Origin: Catajapyx aquilonaris
Taxonomy: Eukaryota
Assembly (NCBI GenBank): GCA_000934665.2
Contig: JYFJ02002041.1
Location: forward strand, 1 to 64,000
DNA: 64,000 nucleotides
Direction of reading: 5' to 3'
The notes beneath the pieces were generated by a model. The model worked only from the letters and a program-made list of their open reading frames with translations. It ran no database searches and was not told where the DNA came from. The position numbers were made by a program, and so were the translations under genes. Below are positions 12,009-26,900 of this stretch, piece after piece (the stretch's first letter is position 1; each line of letters opens with the position of its first letter).

Positions 12009-15000
12009 TTGTTGCCTCCAGCAACAGGGCGAACAACCAAACTTTTTTTTTTTTGCACAAAAAAAATTGAAAAATGGTGTGCATGGATTTGAGCTTAATT
12101 TTCTGCTGGAGTGAACAATCCAACTTTTTTTTTTTGCGAAAAAATGGCAAATAATGGTGTGGGCACAATTTGCATGGATTTGAGCTTGATTTTTTTTTGT
12201 GTTGGCAAAGTAATGTTTGCAGACAGCAATTATCAGGGGGGAACCATTTTTTTTGTAGACGATTGCGCTTCATTAGTTCAAACCTGGTTCAAACGGATGA
12301 ATGCAAATATTGCGGGTGTGTAGGAAATATTTTGTGGATTGCGAAAAATGATGCGGGTTGTAACGCTTTTTATGAAGCCACAGGTTAATTGACTAGCGAG
12401 TTGTTTTTTTATTTAGGTATCCTTTGCATGTGCAGGATGGATCGCATTATGGGAGTTAATTGGGTAATGAATGGTCGCGGAGGGTGGAAATTTCTTGCAG
12501 TGTGATAGCTCCCCATTTGCAGCGCTCGCAGGGCGCTTCAATCCAACTCTATTGTGGGGGGGTGACCAGCACAGGAAATTGAGGTAATTGATGCACACTC
12601 TCGGTTGCAATTGGCGTGATGTGGGGAGTCGGACTGGTTAAAAGAAGGAAAAAGCTGTTGACGCAGGATTAAAAATGTTGCACTTGAGTGTTAAGCTTGA
12701 AAGCGGCATTATTTCTGTGGTGGGATAAGTAAGGTTGGCTCATAAACAGTATTAAAGTATTAAATAATGGTAGAGGTCGTGCCCATATAATTGAAGAACT
12801 TATTAGTGAAATTCTATTATGAACTGTACAGTTCCGATAGGCCAATAGCATAGTGTTCATTATATCGAGTCATATCGGTCATTACTATGTACATGTTGGT
12901 TTTATTTGAAAGACATATTGTTTATTTACAAATTGCATGTTTTGTTGACTAATACATATTTGACAAAAGGTGCACCAGTTATATAACCACATGTTTACAA
13001 GCAACAGCCTCATTTAAGGTTATCTATGTTGCGGTAACTGTAAACAAACATGTACTGTAATGAGATAATAACAAAACCTTGGCCCTCTGCATAATTCGAG
13101 AGTGACAAGCACGATAGCGGCCCAGTGCAAGGGGCCAAAATCTGACAAATAGTCAGGTACAAATAGACGACGACAACGGAAGGAAGGAAGGATATGGCAT
13201 TCCCAAATAACTGCAGAGCCATTCCTGGGTAGCCAAGGCTTCGTTGGCATCCAGATAGGCAAACAAAAGCTGTGCCACCTTTTGGAGAAGCTTGGGAGGG
13301 GGAAAGTCCCCCTTCTCTCTCTCCCTTCTCTTTTCCCTTCCCCCACCTCATTGATTGGGAGAGGATGAGAAAAGCCAGAGCCAAGTATGAAGGGGGGGGA
13401 GATCCCACGAGGGTGAGGGATGGCGCCCAGTATTTTGCATTTTACAGCCAACGTTGCACCATTGTTGCCGGTGCAAGAATGTCTCTTGAGTCATCTGATG
13501 CGACTTGCCCCATCCTCATTGAATCTGGAAGACGTTGAACCTGAATTTTTAAGAAACCTGCCATCTTTTTCTTGCTCTCTTGAAACTGGAAAAAAGAACA
13601 GATCTGCATAAAATATGTAGAATAATTGAAAAGGCATCGCAGCCTCTCTGCGCTTTTTGGTTGGGTGGAAAGAGCTTCCGTTATCAAGTGGCACAGCTGG
13701 GCTTGAGACTGTTCTTGGCACGAGTCAGGTGCAGAGAAGATTTCAGGAAGAAAACTTCCAGAGGGATGAGTTTTAGGGGGAGGGAGGCAGCAAAAGTAAA
13801 GAGGAACACGGAGAGAGATTAAGGAGGAACAGTAAGGAGAAACTGGAGCTAACAAAAAAAAGGAGGCTGAATCATTAGTCATAATTGCAATGATTCCGCA
13901 GCCACAGACTGAAACAAATGGCATTCTTAGATACTGTCCGGTGCGGGTAATTTATATGCAGCACCCACTCGTAATGACTTCCCTTTGATCTTTAGGGTGG
14001 AAAAAAGGTACATGAACATTCCTTGTGATGCTTAAAGTTTGCGAGGACTTGCCCGTTCATCAAGGGTTCCTCTGCTGAACTTTTCACATTGTTTTGCGGT
14101 GCAGCTTTACTAATCCAACTGTTTTTGTCTTTCCACGGCTTTTGGGTTAAATTTGCTCCAATGGCTTTTGATGGTGGATCCAAACGAGCGAGAGAGAGAG
14201 TCTGTGGTTGGAGTGAAGTAGGAACTATATCTTTGCCCGGCTGAAGTTGTTATGGATTCTAACTGCCTCCATGCAACGGAGAATGTGGGCAATGTGCTCG
14301 TTTGGTCTCGGGGATGCCAGTCTCTTTTTGAGAGGATGTGCCAGCCAACTGTGTGATCTCTTTGTACGTGTAATTTCAGTTAGTTTGCCGGAACTGATGC
14401 TGTTTCAAGGTCCACTCTAATTAACAGTCTTAAATTTTCAGTTGTCGCTCAGAACTGTGAATGGAAAGCTTCATTATTCCACCTAATTCAAAAGCTACTG
14501 CTTTAAAAATACAGTTCCATTTATACAGCAGCACGTGATGTGCATGCACCACGCTGCTTAGAATAGTTCCGAATTAATGTGTGTGTGTTTTATCCATGCA
14601 AATCGAGGTGAACCTATACGTGATAACTGCGAGGTAGGTCGGAAAATTGCAGGGTTTTTTTTCCCCACACCCGCCATGAAAACAGCGTGTTCGTGCATAA
14701 CAGGAAGGAAACGTGCTGAATTATAGGTCTCCAAATCTATCCTGACTGATCATTATCAGTTCGACTATAACTCGTAAAGGCATATTTCCACCTACAGAAA
14801 CGGAATAAAATACTTGCTCCCAAAGAGGTGCAAATTCGCGAAATATCTGCACAGGCGCTAAAATCCAAAAAAATAAATAATCCGAGCAGAAGTTGACTGA
14901 TTCCAAAACAACAGTTGGATTAGATTAAACCATGTTTTTTTTTTAACGAATCGTGCAAAGTTTTAAAGCGAAATTGGGATTGGAATAATATCAGGAGCAG

Positions 15001-18000
15001 ACAGGAAATTGAAATGTTATCGCCTCCAGACATCCTCTGATTTACGATGAACAAAAAGCCATCACAATAAGCCGTTTTCTGAGGGGGTGGATTTTCCATT
15101 AGTCAACGATGATGATGATTATTTTTTTCCGCATGTAAAAAAAAAAGTGGTGTAGATATCAAGAGACCTCTTGGCAGAAATTGCATCTCATCTGCAGATT
15201 GCTCTTGTTCTCCTTCAAGTGCCTTTTAGGGGAAATTGGGGAATTCGCACAAAGGGCACGGGTTGGTTTCAACAACTCCGAATCACACTGTGCAGTGGTT
15301 TATCTGCACTTTTGAGCCATTTGATTTGTTTAATTTCGTGTAATGGCGAAAAAGCTGCGTTACATTAATTGCGACATTAACACGTGCCGTTTCCCAATAT
15401 TGACGTTTAATATGGGGGGGTTTGTTTTATCTCGAAAATGCAGTCGGATTACATTTCACATGATATGGTCAGTTTTGCATAAATTCTGCAATATTCTTTG
15501 CATTTTATGCATGATTTTCTGCCAGTATCAATGTACATAGGAAGTACTTCTGGTGTGAAATCATACACAGAAATACTTGTCGATGCTGTACCTACGTACA
15601 TGAAGTTAACCTTGACTTTTTTCATACAATTCATGCTAATTATGTTACATGATCCAGCAATTCTCCAAGGGCTTTTTTTTCCCCACTATCTACCTTTCAT
15701 TCAAGTTCACTCTCTGGGTAGTTATCTTCCATTTCGGGAGCTTGGCACGTTTGATGTGGACATTGTCACATCCTATGATATCCAATTTTATGCTTGTGGG
15801 CTTTTCCGCGGGTGGATGTGTCTGTCACATTTTTTTTCTCTCTCTCGTTTGCGACCATGTCTCGCCGAATTTATGTGATGAGACCATCATGTGCCTATCT
15901 CTCCAACACCATCATCACCTGAGAGTCCCAAAGTTTAGGAAGGGTTCGGTCAACATTCTCATGGGCACCTAACATCAAAGCCTCTAAAAGCTTACTCCTG
16001 GGATTTTCCCAAATGATGTGGAAAAAAATATTAGCTGATGAGTTTACGAGCGGATTTTTATAAGCGTGCAAGTTGATGTTTTTGGCCAACAACACTAAAC
16101 TATTCCCCCCTGTGATGAGATTGCACAAATTAATCTGGAAGGTCCACTGAGGCTTGCAGGGATTATCATCAAATATTTTAATATTGTATTTTTAGTGTTT
16201 TTTTTTTTTTAAAGTTTAATGACTGCAGATTCGTCACTATGCCAACTACTTATTTATTAAAGGTTTGAGTCAGTTCAAGCCCAGAGTTGTGAATTATTTA
16301 AGAGGCAAACACCGAGGGCTGTGGTCATGTTTACCATCTTAATTAAAAGCCACTCCAGCAAAGGATTAATAGTACTTGAAGCCATGTGTGTTTGGTCCCG
16401 TTGCATATAAAGGCCAAGAGCTGGTATATCTGTGTTACTGTAGAGCTGGAGCCTGTCATCCAGGAGACTAGAAAAGGCTTCCATTTGATTGATTGCCTGG
16501 GTTTTTTTTTTTTTAAAGAACCGCTGCTGGAAAGACGCTGCCTTCAAATAATTGGATCACTTCCTCTCTGCAGCGATTTATAGTCCCTGCAGCTCAAGCC
16601 TTTGGATGAATTGCATAGAATGACGTAACGCAATCACCACTGACAAACCGTTGAATAGGACGACACTCATGTCCTGTCAGTGTGAGCATAAAATATCAGT
16701 TGCTATACACCGATTTTTATCTGTTTAAAAAAAAAAAAAAACACTTTTAGTCCCCTCAAAAAACCATCAACGTTGAATGATACCGATCCGGCCGAAAAAT
16801 ACCACGTAATAAACTCGTTGACGTAAACACGATGACGATGATGCATATTTTGACACCCTGGGCCACCCGTTCGTCCTTGAACATTGTTTCACACACACAC
16901 GTATAGTCTGGACCTTGATCTTTTTTTTGATGTGGCCGTTGGCCCCCCAGATCAATTTCATCTGTGGAAAATGTCATCAGCTGTTTGTTATAGGTCCCTC
17001 CTGTGCGTGTGTATATAGTTTGGGGATAGTTTGGTGGAGGGGTTGGGCTATCACCAACCCTCCCCCGATTCGGTCACGTCGATTGCGCAGCCCCTGGTCC
17101 GGGGGAGTTGATGTGATGATTGGATGCTGGAGAGTCTCTTCCCCACAAAAGAAAAGGCAGCACCGCATCTCTTGTACGTGTGTCACCCGCGCCTTCCTTT
17201 CTTGAAGGACCCCAGCCACAGTAGTGGTGACACGCAGATGACACAACATTCCAGCAGATGTGTCCTGCGGCAGTGACTCATTTGCCAGGATTCATCACCC
17301 TTGGCTTTTGTGGTCACTAGTGGGGATCCATCCACGTTTGTGATAAACACGCTGCTGCTCGAGTTACGCTGAATGACAGGGTACGTGCTGGGAACCCAGT
17401 GTCCAGTTACCGGTGTTGTATCACGTGTTACGCTCTGGGAAGTGTCAAAAGAGTGTCAAGTTACCTTTTTACTGGTTTGTATGTGTGAATTATGTGCATT
17501 GGAGAAACATAGTTGTTTCATATGCTACCAACGTGTGCACCACATATAACACGCCCTGAAATGGACATGTCCAATGTGATGAAAGGCTAACTACATTTGT
17601 TCATACTGTACTGTACAGTACCATTGAATCGTTTGGCGGAAGGAAGAACAACTGTTGAATAGTTTTGCACTGGGTGGGCTATGGGCTAGCTGCTTGCGAT
17701 TTTTTAAAGAGTAATTTTGGGTATTGCTTTGAACCAAATACACATAAAGCAGATTAATCCCACCCAGGGTTGAGAATTATATTACGCTCTTGATGTAACG
17801 AAATTTTCGTTTTGACTCAAATATTATTAGGCACCCCCCCACAATTTGTATATCCCGATTGGCTTCGACCCTTTGTGTGTTGTTTTTTTTGAGCGCAGGC
17901 AACTAAGGCCACGAGGCATATTTGCATTTTTTTTTGTCGAAACAAACCTGTGAGGATGCATAGGCAGCATCATTTTCATGTAGCATATGTGAAGTCACGT

Positions 18001-19218
18001 AATCGTGTATACTGATGCATGCTCACTCGTGGCATACTTTTTTCTGTTCGCAATCTCAGTCCCACTTTTTTCCGACTGTGACCGAATGTTTTTGCCCTCC
18101 TCCACAGCATGTTATCTATTTTAAATGTTGCATAATGCCCTCATTTTCAGCATTTAATGGTGATAATTTTTTACGTACAGACTATATACAACAGCACGCA
18201 TAGCTCGCCGCCAAATGATGCTATAAACATTATTTCACGACCTTTTAACAGCAAACGATGTCAAAATGACGTACGCCCTTTTTTTATATCAACGGGCAGA
18301 AGGAAGTTTTCTTATCGACGTAAAATATACGACAAAAAAAAAATTGTCACACTTTGAGACGGAAGGGAGTCGAACTCAAGGTGATAATTTAAGTGACTCT
18401 TGTGCAACTTTCTTGCTCACGTATTTGAAACACCATCCGTTTTAAATTCATAAACTTCATAATATTCAGTAATTTTTCTGGGGAAGGAACGATTGTTATT
18501 AAACATTATTACGGCGCAAAAAGACCCAAGTTTTTGTACCAACAATTTTTTTAACATTTTTATTGATGACCTTGTGGGCACGTGGCCCTTTCGAGGGATT
18601 TGTACCAACAACAAAACGTGTTATTGAAAAAAAAATCACCAATTATGTTTGCTTATTTGCAATACATAATGTATACCTTCATAATATTTGAGTTGATGCA
18701 ACCTTCCCTATCAGCAAACTGACTTAAACTTCAGTTCAAAGGTTGGAAGAAACAGGGCGGATCTAGAATATTCGTCCTGATTGTGATCGGATAGGTCAGT
18801 TCCAATCCTGAAATAAATTAAACAGATTTTCCCAGTTCGATACATGTTCGCACGAACCCAATCAATCAAATCGACTTTTTTTAAAAAAAAAAAAAAATCT
18901 TTCTCCCGAGTGTCAACCTTCCCTTGATTGTAACTGGCGAAACCAATGCATACCCTTGAGTTTGTGCTAATGAGATTGCATAAGCAGAAACGTGCCTGTG
19001 CAAATAGAACCCCTGAGATTTTCGGGGGGAAAAGGCTTCAGATTTGAAGGAGCCTTTTCTCTCTCTCTCGAGACACTGATCTTAGCAGCTGCCGGAGTTT
19101 AAGATCGGTCTCAAGAGGAATTTGCGGTCCTCATTTCCTCTTCCAAGCCCCTTGCTAACAACAGTTAGCCATTAGAGTCTAACACCCAGTTTCAGTTCGG
19201 ATGAGGTGGCTGGGTTGG

Positions 19219-19252
19219 TGGGGGGGGGGGGGGNGGGGGGGGGGGGGGGGGG
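19219..19252. repeat. poly-G tract
   Basis: ~33 G with an embedded N, so the length is uncertain in the assembly. Confidence 0.85.
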
Positions 19253-19406
19253 ATGGGAAAGATTGGACTTACGCCAGCAGACTTTGCAATAGTGTTCTCT
19301 TGTTTCAGATAGTAGCTGACCTTCAACCCTCAGCCAGCCAAGAGGTCATGAATAAGTGAGGTTCTTCCACTGTCCACAACTGAGAAGCTAACACGTCCAA
19401 GCAGAG

Positions 19407-19482
19407 ATGGCCGAGAAACGAGGTCTTTTAGGAAGGTCCAAGCAGCCCAATCCTGTCCCCAAAGATGCCTCCAGGAGTAAAG
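19407..19482 (+). CDS. Candidate alternative first coding exon 1a of ENT (MAEKRGLLGRSKQPNPVPKDASRSK)
   Basis: Acceptor tgtttcag| at 19308, Kozak gagATGG, 76 nt (phase 1) and strong donor AAG|gtgagt. In frame with the ENT exon at 32551. Confidence 0.7.
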
Positions 19483-21539
19483 GTGAGTGTACAAGAGTTC
19501 GCTCTAGAACTTTGTCAGCACCCTGTATATTTTTGAGAAGCGTCAAATTTTTTTTTGACTGACGCGGTTAGGTGAGAATCGATAAATCTCCGGTGGAAAT
19601 TAATGCGATAATCTGCGTGCCAATGGGCGCGACGCTCAGAGAAGTGATTATATGAATGTATCGGTGTTTGGGGATTTGGGACTGGAGGAGCACAATTTGT
19701 GCAGTTTCCACATGGCTTGATTTTGCATCGATTTCTGCTTCTAGACGACGAGTGGGTTGGGGATGGGCTATGAACGGAAATGCTGGCCTATTATGACTGA
19801 ACCAAAAGCAGTGCGGAGGAGTTGGAGCAGAGAACTCTGCATGCAGTAGTGAATCTGCACAATGGGCAGATACCGATTTTGCGAAATTTATTGTGCCAAG
19901 CATTTTTTCAAAATTCGCATTTATGCAGGGTATTACCAGTGTAGAAATCTGCAGAAAGTTGTCTCGATTGATATTGAGCTTGCACATATGCGATGGCTCG
20001 CTGAGTATCGGTATTCATGAGGATCCATTGTGGCCTACGTGACTGTTATTATGTAACAAGTTGAGGTAGGTTACTTTGCAAGGTCGCTCCGGAAAATTCA
20101 GAGTAGCAGAAGCAGTGCTTATGAATTGAAAACAGGGGGGAAATGCGTCTATGGTGGCTGAAGTTATTGTTATTTGTCTTATCTAATAGGCTGATTTGTC
20201 TGATTATGATAGCATTACTATATCTGTAGATGAAGTAGAATCCACTTCAGAATAGTTGAAGCCATATTAAAGATCGCCTACTTAATATCGGCTACTAATG
20301 TCATTATAGATATATAGTCTCCAAGAATAATAGCAAAACAACTCGCAATGAAGTACATGTCAAGCAGCTTTTGACATTCCCCTAAAGGTTACTGCTATAT
20401 AGATATTACCCTTTAATATCTATGGTTACTGTGACACAATCGCTATCTGAAATGGAATATATAGGACAAGTTCTGATTTTTGCAATCATACGGACGTCCT
20501 CTCATCTCATTGAAATATAATCAGTGAAACTGTACGTTCCTCATAACCTCAGCACATCACAGGCAAAAAAAAAAAGATGGAGAGAAACCAGAGTTGATTT
20601 CGAAACTATAGGAAAATACAGAGCGTTATTTGCTCCTTTCCCCATAGAGACTAACGTCCGGCACGAATTTGCAAGTGAAAGGTTTTTAGCATTTGCAACT
20701 CACGGTTTTATTGGATCCGCAGCGTTTTGTTCTCTGGCCTTCAAAAAAACCAATCCCGCCACTAGAATTGGCGATTTAAACTGGACTTGACAGAAGGGGA
20801 TATTATTTAATCATCATCATCATGATTTGATTTTTGTGTGCGGTTAACACCGAAAATTATAGCCCAACAATTGCTTTTCTGCTGATTGGTCCGAATGGTT
20901 TTTTTTCCTCCCCCCTTCTCTCTATTTCCCATCTGTTGTGGACATTAGGAACAAAAGGGGAGAAGAGAAATATCGCCGTCAGCTTCGCACGATACCCTCA
21001 TCATTATTTTGTGATTGCACTGGAACAGGCTTTTGCCGCAAAAAGAGTTACCGAGGTTTTCCGAAATAATTTCTGGTCAGATTTGGCATCAATTTGGACC
21101 GTTTCCAACTCCCATAGCAAGTAGAACGGGCTGGCAACCCACCTGGAAACGCACGATTTACGTGCGAATTCTACTTACATGAAAATGTTCCAGGGGAATA
21201 TAACAATCCGTCAAGATTTAAACAGGTGCTATCAAACCGACCTTGCTGCTTTGTCACGTTAAGTGAATGACTACATTTTTGTGAACACAGCTCACGTGCA
21301 AAAAAAACTCGCAGTTTTTTTTGCAATCTCCTAAAGTGCCTTCGTAATGAGAGAGCACGGATTATACAGCTTGGATCCTCTTCTGCTGCACAGAATATTA
21401 GGCTCATCCTTACAATCTTTAAAGCCACAAACGCAAGATGATCATCCTCGAGCACCCTTTTCTTTCCCCCTCATTGTTATATGAAGAAATTGTTATTTAT
21501 CGCCTGCCAAGTGCACATGGCAGCATCAAGGGGGTCGAA

Positions 21540-21702
21540 ATGGGGGCAGTATTTGACAAAAAGGAAGGAAGGAAGGAAAAAAAGAAGAAGGGTGGCCAGA
21601 GAAGGAAGGAAAAGGACGATGAGTTTTATGTCCAAAGGGGAAGGAAAGAAAGTGTCCGGACTCTGAGAAAACCCGGAGATTTACGAGTTCTACGGTTTGT
21701 GG
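21540..21702 (+). CDS. Candidate alternative first coding exon 1b of ENT (MGAVFDKKEGRKEKKKKGG...)
   Basis: aaaATGG start, open for 163 nt (phase 1) to a weaker donor G|gtaggc. In frame with exon 32551, but the sequence is low-complexity purine. Confidence 0.35.
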
Positions 21703-23843
21703 GTAGGCGTGTCCTGCATATATAGGAGAGACACTTCCTGGAGAACGGACTCTGGGGACGTATTTCGGCGGGACACTTTGCATTTCACAGCCATGTACTT
21801 GGTGTAATATTCGTCGGTGCGGAACACTGGAAAGTACTGTAGTTAAACATCATGCAAACGGTGTGTTTGATCAGGTTCTGCAGCTGAGGACAAATGGGAC
21901 GGAACCAAAGCCTCGAGAGGAAATTTATGGAGCCATGTAATGTCTGCTGCGATTTTTGGTGCCTTCGTCTTTTGCATTATTAAGTTGTCTAGGGAACGGA
22001 GCTCTTCCCTGTTCGGTGCCAATCATGAATTATCGAGGAAGTAGATATTGCACTCCTTTTTCCCCCCCTCCCATGGTAGTTAGAGTAGAAGCACAAGAAA
22101 TTGTCGCTGGAATTCTCACCACGTTTGCGATCAGAGGAAAAGTCAAGTGTCTTGAGGTAACCGTGCATGTTATGGAAGGGCAATGGCCATCTTACACTTT
22201 TTTGGGGGGGCTTGTTTTTGAGAGAGCTGCTAAGAATCGATATGTGCGTGGTCATTTCTTTCTCTACCACCCCCCACACACCCCTATCCGCCCACCCCAT
22301 CAACTGAGATGGTGTTATGGAATGACCCCAGACGATATATGAGCTTGATGGCTGGAAGGGTTTAAAAAAAAAAAAAGTGCTGGGCTATTCTGGTGCCAAA
22401 ATCAGCGGAGCTCGGCCGAGAGATCGGAGAACAAGGCTGCACTTACTAGACATTAAACTGATATTTGATTTAGCTCTGCTTGATGAGAATATTGCAGTGC
22501 CAGTAATGTAAAATGTTAATTCGTTTTCACTGTAACAAATCTGCTTTATCTGATGTGAACGTGCACTGTATTTAAGTAGTACTATTATAAATATAACATA
22601 GTGATATATACGAAATGTTATGTTTTATGTATATAACTGTTGAAGTGTAATGCGTCGAGTAATTTCAACCGGTTTTACAATAATATCTGTAATTTTGCAG
22701 CCCTTCTTGTATGAAATAACAGTTGAGAGAAGCATGTTATGAGCAGTGCAACTATAATCTGTGCACCATGAATAGGAAGTCGCCTATTCTGGTTTTACTC
22801 TTATTACACGTATTAATTAGTGCCCAACTCGTTACGCCCTACAATCGCCGCAAGAACAATGCCGAAATGTATGACTTTGTTGTGCCTATATAAAAGTTAC
22901 ACTGTAATTTGTGAGCTGTAATTTACGCTCTCAACTTAACTTCATTAGGTATTTGACGTAGTGTTATTTCAATGGGTGAATATGAATGAAGCATGTAATA
23001 TTCCAGACCTGTAAGTTATGAATATTTTTCCTATATAGCATGCAGATTTAATTCGCGATTACAAATTGCGCAATTCCGGTGATCGAATCACAGTTTTGAG
23101 CGATTATGACAGAATCATTTCCGAAGCGATAAGGCATGTTATTCCTGACAGCCCGCAAAGATGATACATGGTGTGACAAGCTAGTCATTGAAGAGGCAAA
23201 AGTTGGGCACCCAGCCTGTCTGGCATGTGTCCCATTCGACCCTTTCTAGCCGTCTCTCTTTCTCTTTTTTTTTGGCCCAGATAGCGTGAAAAAGGGTTAT
23301 GAGTACTGCGCCGACACTCTTTAAGGACACCCCTACTGGTGCTTCGTTGCCAATTATCCGCGACAATCCGCACATTTTACTTCCCTGTGATTTCTCCTCT
23401 ATACAAGGCCATTGGGGGCCCTTGACACCCGGACCAATTAGGATCCCGCAGAGTTAATGAAGATGCACTGATAGAGTATGTGTGCGAAAAGGCACGTCGC
23501 CAGGGTTTGGGAGGGCAACGGCCATCCTTTTCCATCACCTTATCAGTCCCCCTTTTATGAGTCTAAAGTGTCTGAAAAGCGTTGAAATGACGAGCCAATT
23601 GAAGACGGGAGGTAAGTGACCCCCCCTCTTTTTTAAAAGTCGGGGGCATCCAATTCTAATTTGGGAAATAACCCCCCTCCCCTTCCCCCCCTGGCTGAAG
23701 CATAAGGGAAGATGGCGTGCACAGCATCTTCTCTCTTTGCTGCTGGGACTGGCTTCCGGGACGGGTCGCAGATTCGTATCTGAGAGCGCTCGAGTGTGAA
23801 GAGGGGAAGTCCTCTCCTATTTTTTGGTGGGGTGGAGGGGTCC

Positions 23844-23946
23844 ATGATGGTGATGGAGAAAGGAAGTGCTTTGGAGGAGGAGGACGAGGAGGAGACGTGT
23901 CTCAAGAGCAGGTCGTGCAGCACGGTCACCAGCACCAGCAGCGAAG
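23844..23946 (+). CDS. Candidate alternative first coding exon 1c of ENT (MMVMEKGSALEEEDEEETCLKSRSCSTVTSTSSE)
   Basis: 103 nt (phase 1), donor AAG|gtgagg, GC-rich coding-like composition. In frame with exon 32551. Confidence 0.6.
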
Positions 23947-26900
23947 GTGAGGCGGATGTGCGTAAATTCCGGTTGAAGGTGACGCAATTGTGGACATACC
24001 GCCTCTTTGCGCAATTAGGGAGGGAGAGAGAAGAAAAAAAGTAACGTCGGATCATAAATCGTAATTCCAGTTATCCTCAATCGCGCTCCACTAGAGAACA
24101 TTGAATTATATGGGATCCCTTGGAAACATTTCTCTAGGAGTCTAACTTGTTGCTGTAGCAGGAAACTTGACCAGCTTCAAAGACTGGCTTAGTTAAATTT
24201 TGATCCAAATGTGACTCAGGATAGTTGTGCAAATAAACGCTTCAGTAATTCTCATCAATCCGCATGGTAAATTATAAATCGGTACACCGGAGTTGTTCTA
24301 CCCTCGAGATTACTCGTATATGCGACCGTATACAGTACAGAGAGCGTTTATACTCCAGGTTGTCGTACTGAGGTCGATCCACGAGCCGACTGGAGGAGTT
24401 TCTAATAAGGAAATATAACCAAGGGACAACGTGGTTTATTGTAATATGTCATACATGAATGCTTATATTTCAAAAAACGGCATTAGTACCGTTTGTAATG
24501 ACACAGCTGAACCATTATTGGTCTAATTATGCGGACTTTTTTAATGAGAGCCATGTAACGAATTTGCTGAAAACAACATATGCCATTGCCATAGTGGGGG
24601 TGGTGGTAATTTCTCATATTGTAGAATTTAATATTTATAAACGTGAGTAAATATGGGCGAATTTACTGGTTTCACTTGCATATGTGGCGCACAAAACAAC
24701 AGCCATCATAATGTTATGGGCTCGGACATATTTTTCTGGCTTCGAAGATTTTAACTTAATTACACGCTGCGCACTAGATAATTTGCCATATGTAGGTTTA
24801 ATTACGCTCTTTGAACCGGACTCGGCAAAAGTCCGTATGACCTTTGTGAATACAAATATGCAGAGATGTGTTTTGTACAGTGCAATACGTATAGGGCTTG
24901 TTTGTGTCCGTACTGCTTCCATTCCATTTACTGTTATATATAGGCTGCAGTGAAATCGAAGCCTGCTGTGCACTATACCTCTACGCCTACTATCGACTTA
25001 ATTAATGCACACGTCCACAGGTCATGTCAATATCACAGCTCAATGATGCATCCTGTATGCACTCGACTCTTGTGAATGCCTTACGTAATGTATACTGTAC
25101 GTCTCTGAACTTGAGCCCATGACATTGTTTCGTTGTTTTTTTCCCCCCACCAAGGTCCCAAGTCTCCATTGAGATAGTTGGAAACTATATCAGCACACAG
25201 TTTGTATGCACTTTATTCATAGTGTATACCTCGGAGAAGTACGTAACTGTTGCTATCTCCATTATCAGTGGCCTTGACAGTGTAACTGGTGAGACATTGC
25301 AAAAATGCATTCGTCCCACCTCAAATTGATACTAATTGATTTATTTGCAACTTCATGGACCGGAAACTTTGGCAGTGCACCACATTGAATGGAAACAAAT
25401 TCGGTTTAAATTTATGTGAGGATCAAGCATTAAATACTGTACACATTTTGCGGTTATTTCATTTAATCTCTTCAATTAATCACAAGTCCCATTAGTTAAC
25501 TTGCAGCTAAAAGCAAACGTAGAGAGGGCGAGAGAGATTAAATACAGCAGTGCAATTAGCATGTACTCGCAAATCCTGTCGATCCTCTCCATGTCTAGTG
25601 CCCACAGTATATGATAAGACTCCGTCAAATTGCAGGCTGCAGTTGCGTGAGCGATGATCATTGCAGCAACAGGAAATTGCAACGTTAATTATCAGCGGAC
25701 GATAAATCCGGACAACGCCCGGAGACCTCCCCCCTCCAGATGTGCACTTCCGATGTATTTAATCAAGGATTACATAATGAGTCGTCCCCACCACCCCCCT
25801 GCTTTTATCTTTCTCCCTCCCCTGTTAATAACCATGGGAGCCATATATATACACACAACATAGCCCTCTAGGGCGATTACCATTGTCTTGGAAGTTGCGA
25901 CGTCACATTTGCGCGGTCGAGTTCATTAACGACCGTTGGGACTAATTCTCTTTCATTAGCGAAGGACCGCAATACGAAATGAACCCCTCCGGATTCTTTT
26001 CGTCTATGTTGGCCACCACTCTTTTTTTTTAGGTGGACCCCAGCAGTGGCAACAGCATGGGAGCCCACTAAGCGGCATGGGATTGAAGCCGTTTGCCTCT
26101 CTCTGTACCTCACTTTATGTGAAGTGGAGGTTGGTCGGATTAACATTGGACAGAAGGCCATTAACAAGCCCGCCTGTGCCCCCAAAAGCAGAGGCTTAAT
26201 CGGCCATTTCTATGGGCGACCGTCGTTGGCACAACCCGGGCTTGTGGAAACACCTGAAAATAAGGAATTTTTTTTTTGTTGTTGAAAGGAAGCCAGTGTG
26301 TTAAGTGCTAGTGTTTACACCTGCCCAGCAGCCTCTTTATGGCCACGCATGCATGTAAAGCCCATTAATCCAGGGGGGCTCTTTTCATGCTGGACGTGAG
26401 TGCAGGGGGGGTCTGAGAGCCTGAAGAGTGCCGCCTGTATAATGGCCATTGAGCAGATGACCACTGGGCAGATTAACCGCAGCAATGGACTACATTGACT
26501 CCAAGTGCCAATCACCTACGCTAGTGGCGTGGGAAAGCAGTGTTGCCAAGATTTTCAGCTGCAATATTTTGAATTTTTTGTATGGGCGCAACACAGTTCG
26601 CTCAACTTGTTTCCAACACTACGCTTGAGGGGGTAACAATATGGCTGACTTGTGCGACGTTGCCAAGTCTTTGGCGCGAACCTGAGGTGTAACTGTGACA
26701 ACGTTGGAACAATGGACTTGCGCGAGTGTGGGTGCGCACTCGGTTGCGCTAGTAAAACATTCGCCTCTGTGATGTTCATGCAGTGTAGGCCTGACATGAC
26801 CCCCAGCTCTCTTCTCACAGGTTAATGGAAGGAACGTGTTTGTTGCTTGTAGGGTTTTGACGTGTCTCGAGATCGATTAATTAACTCGCCGGTAAAATGT

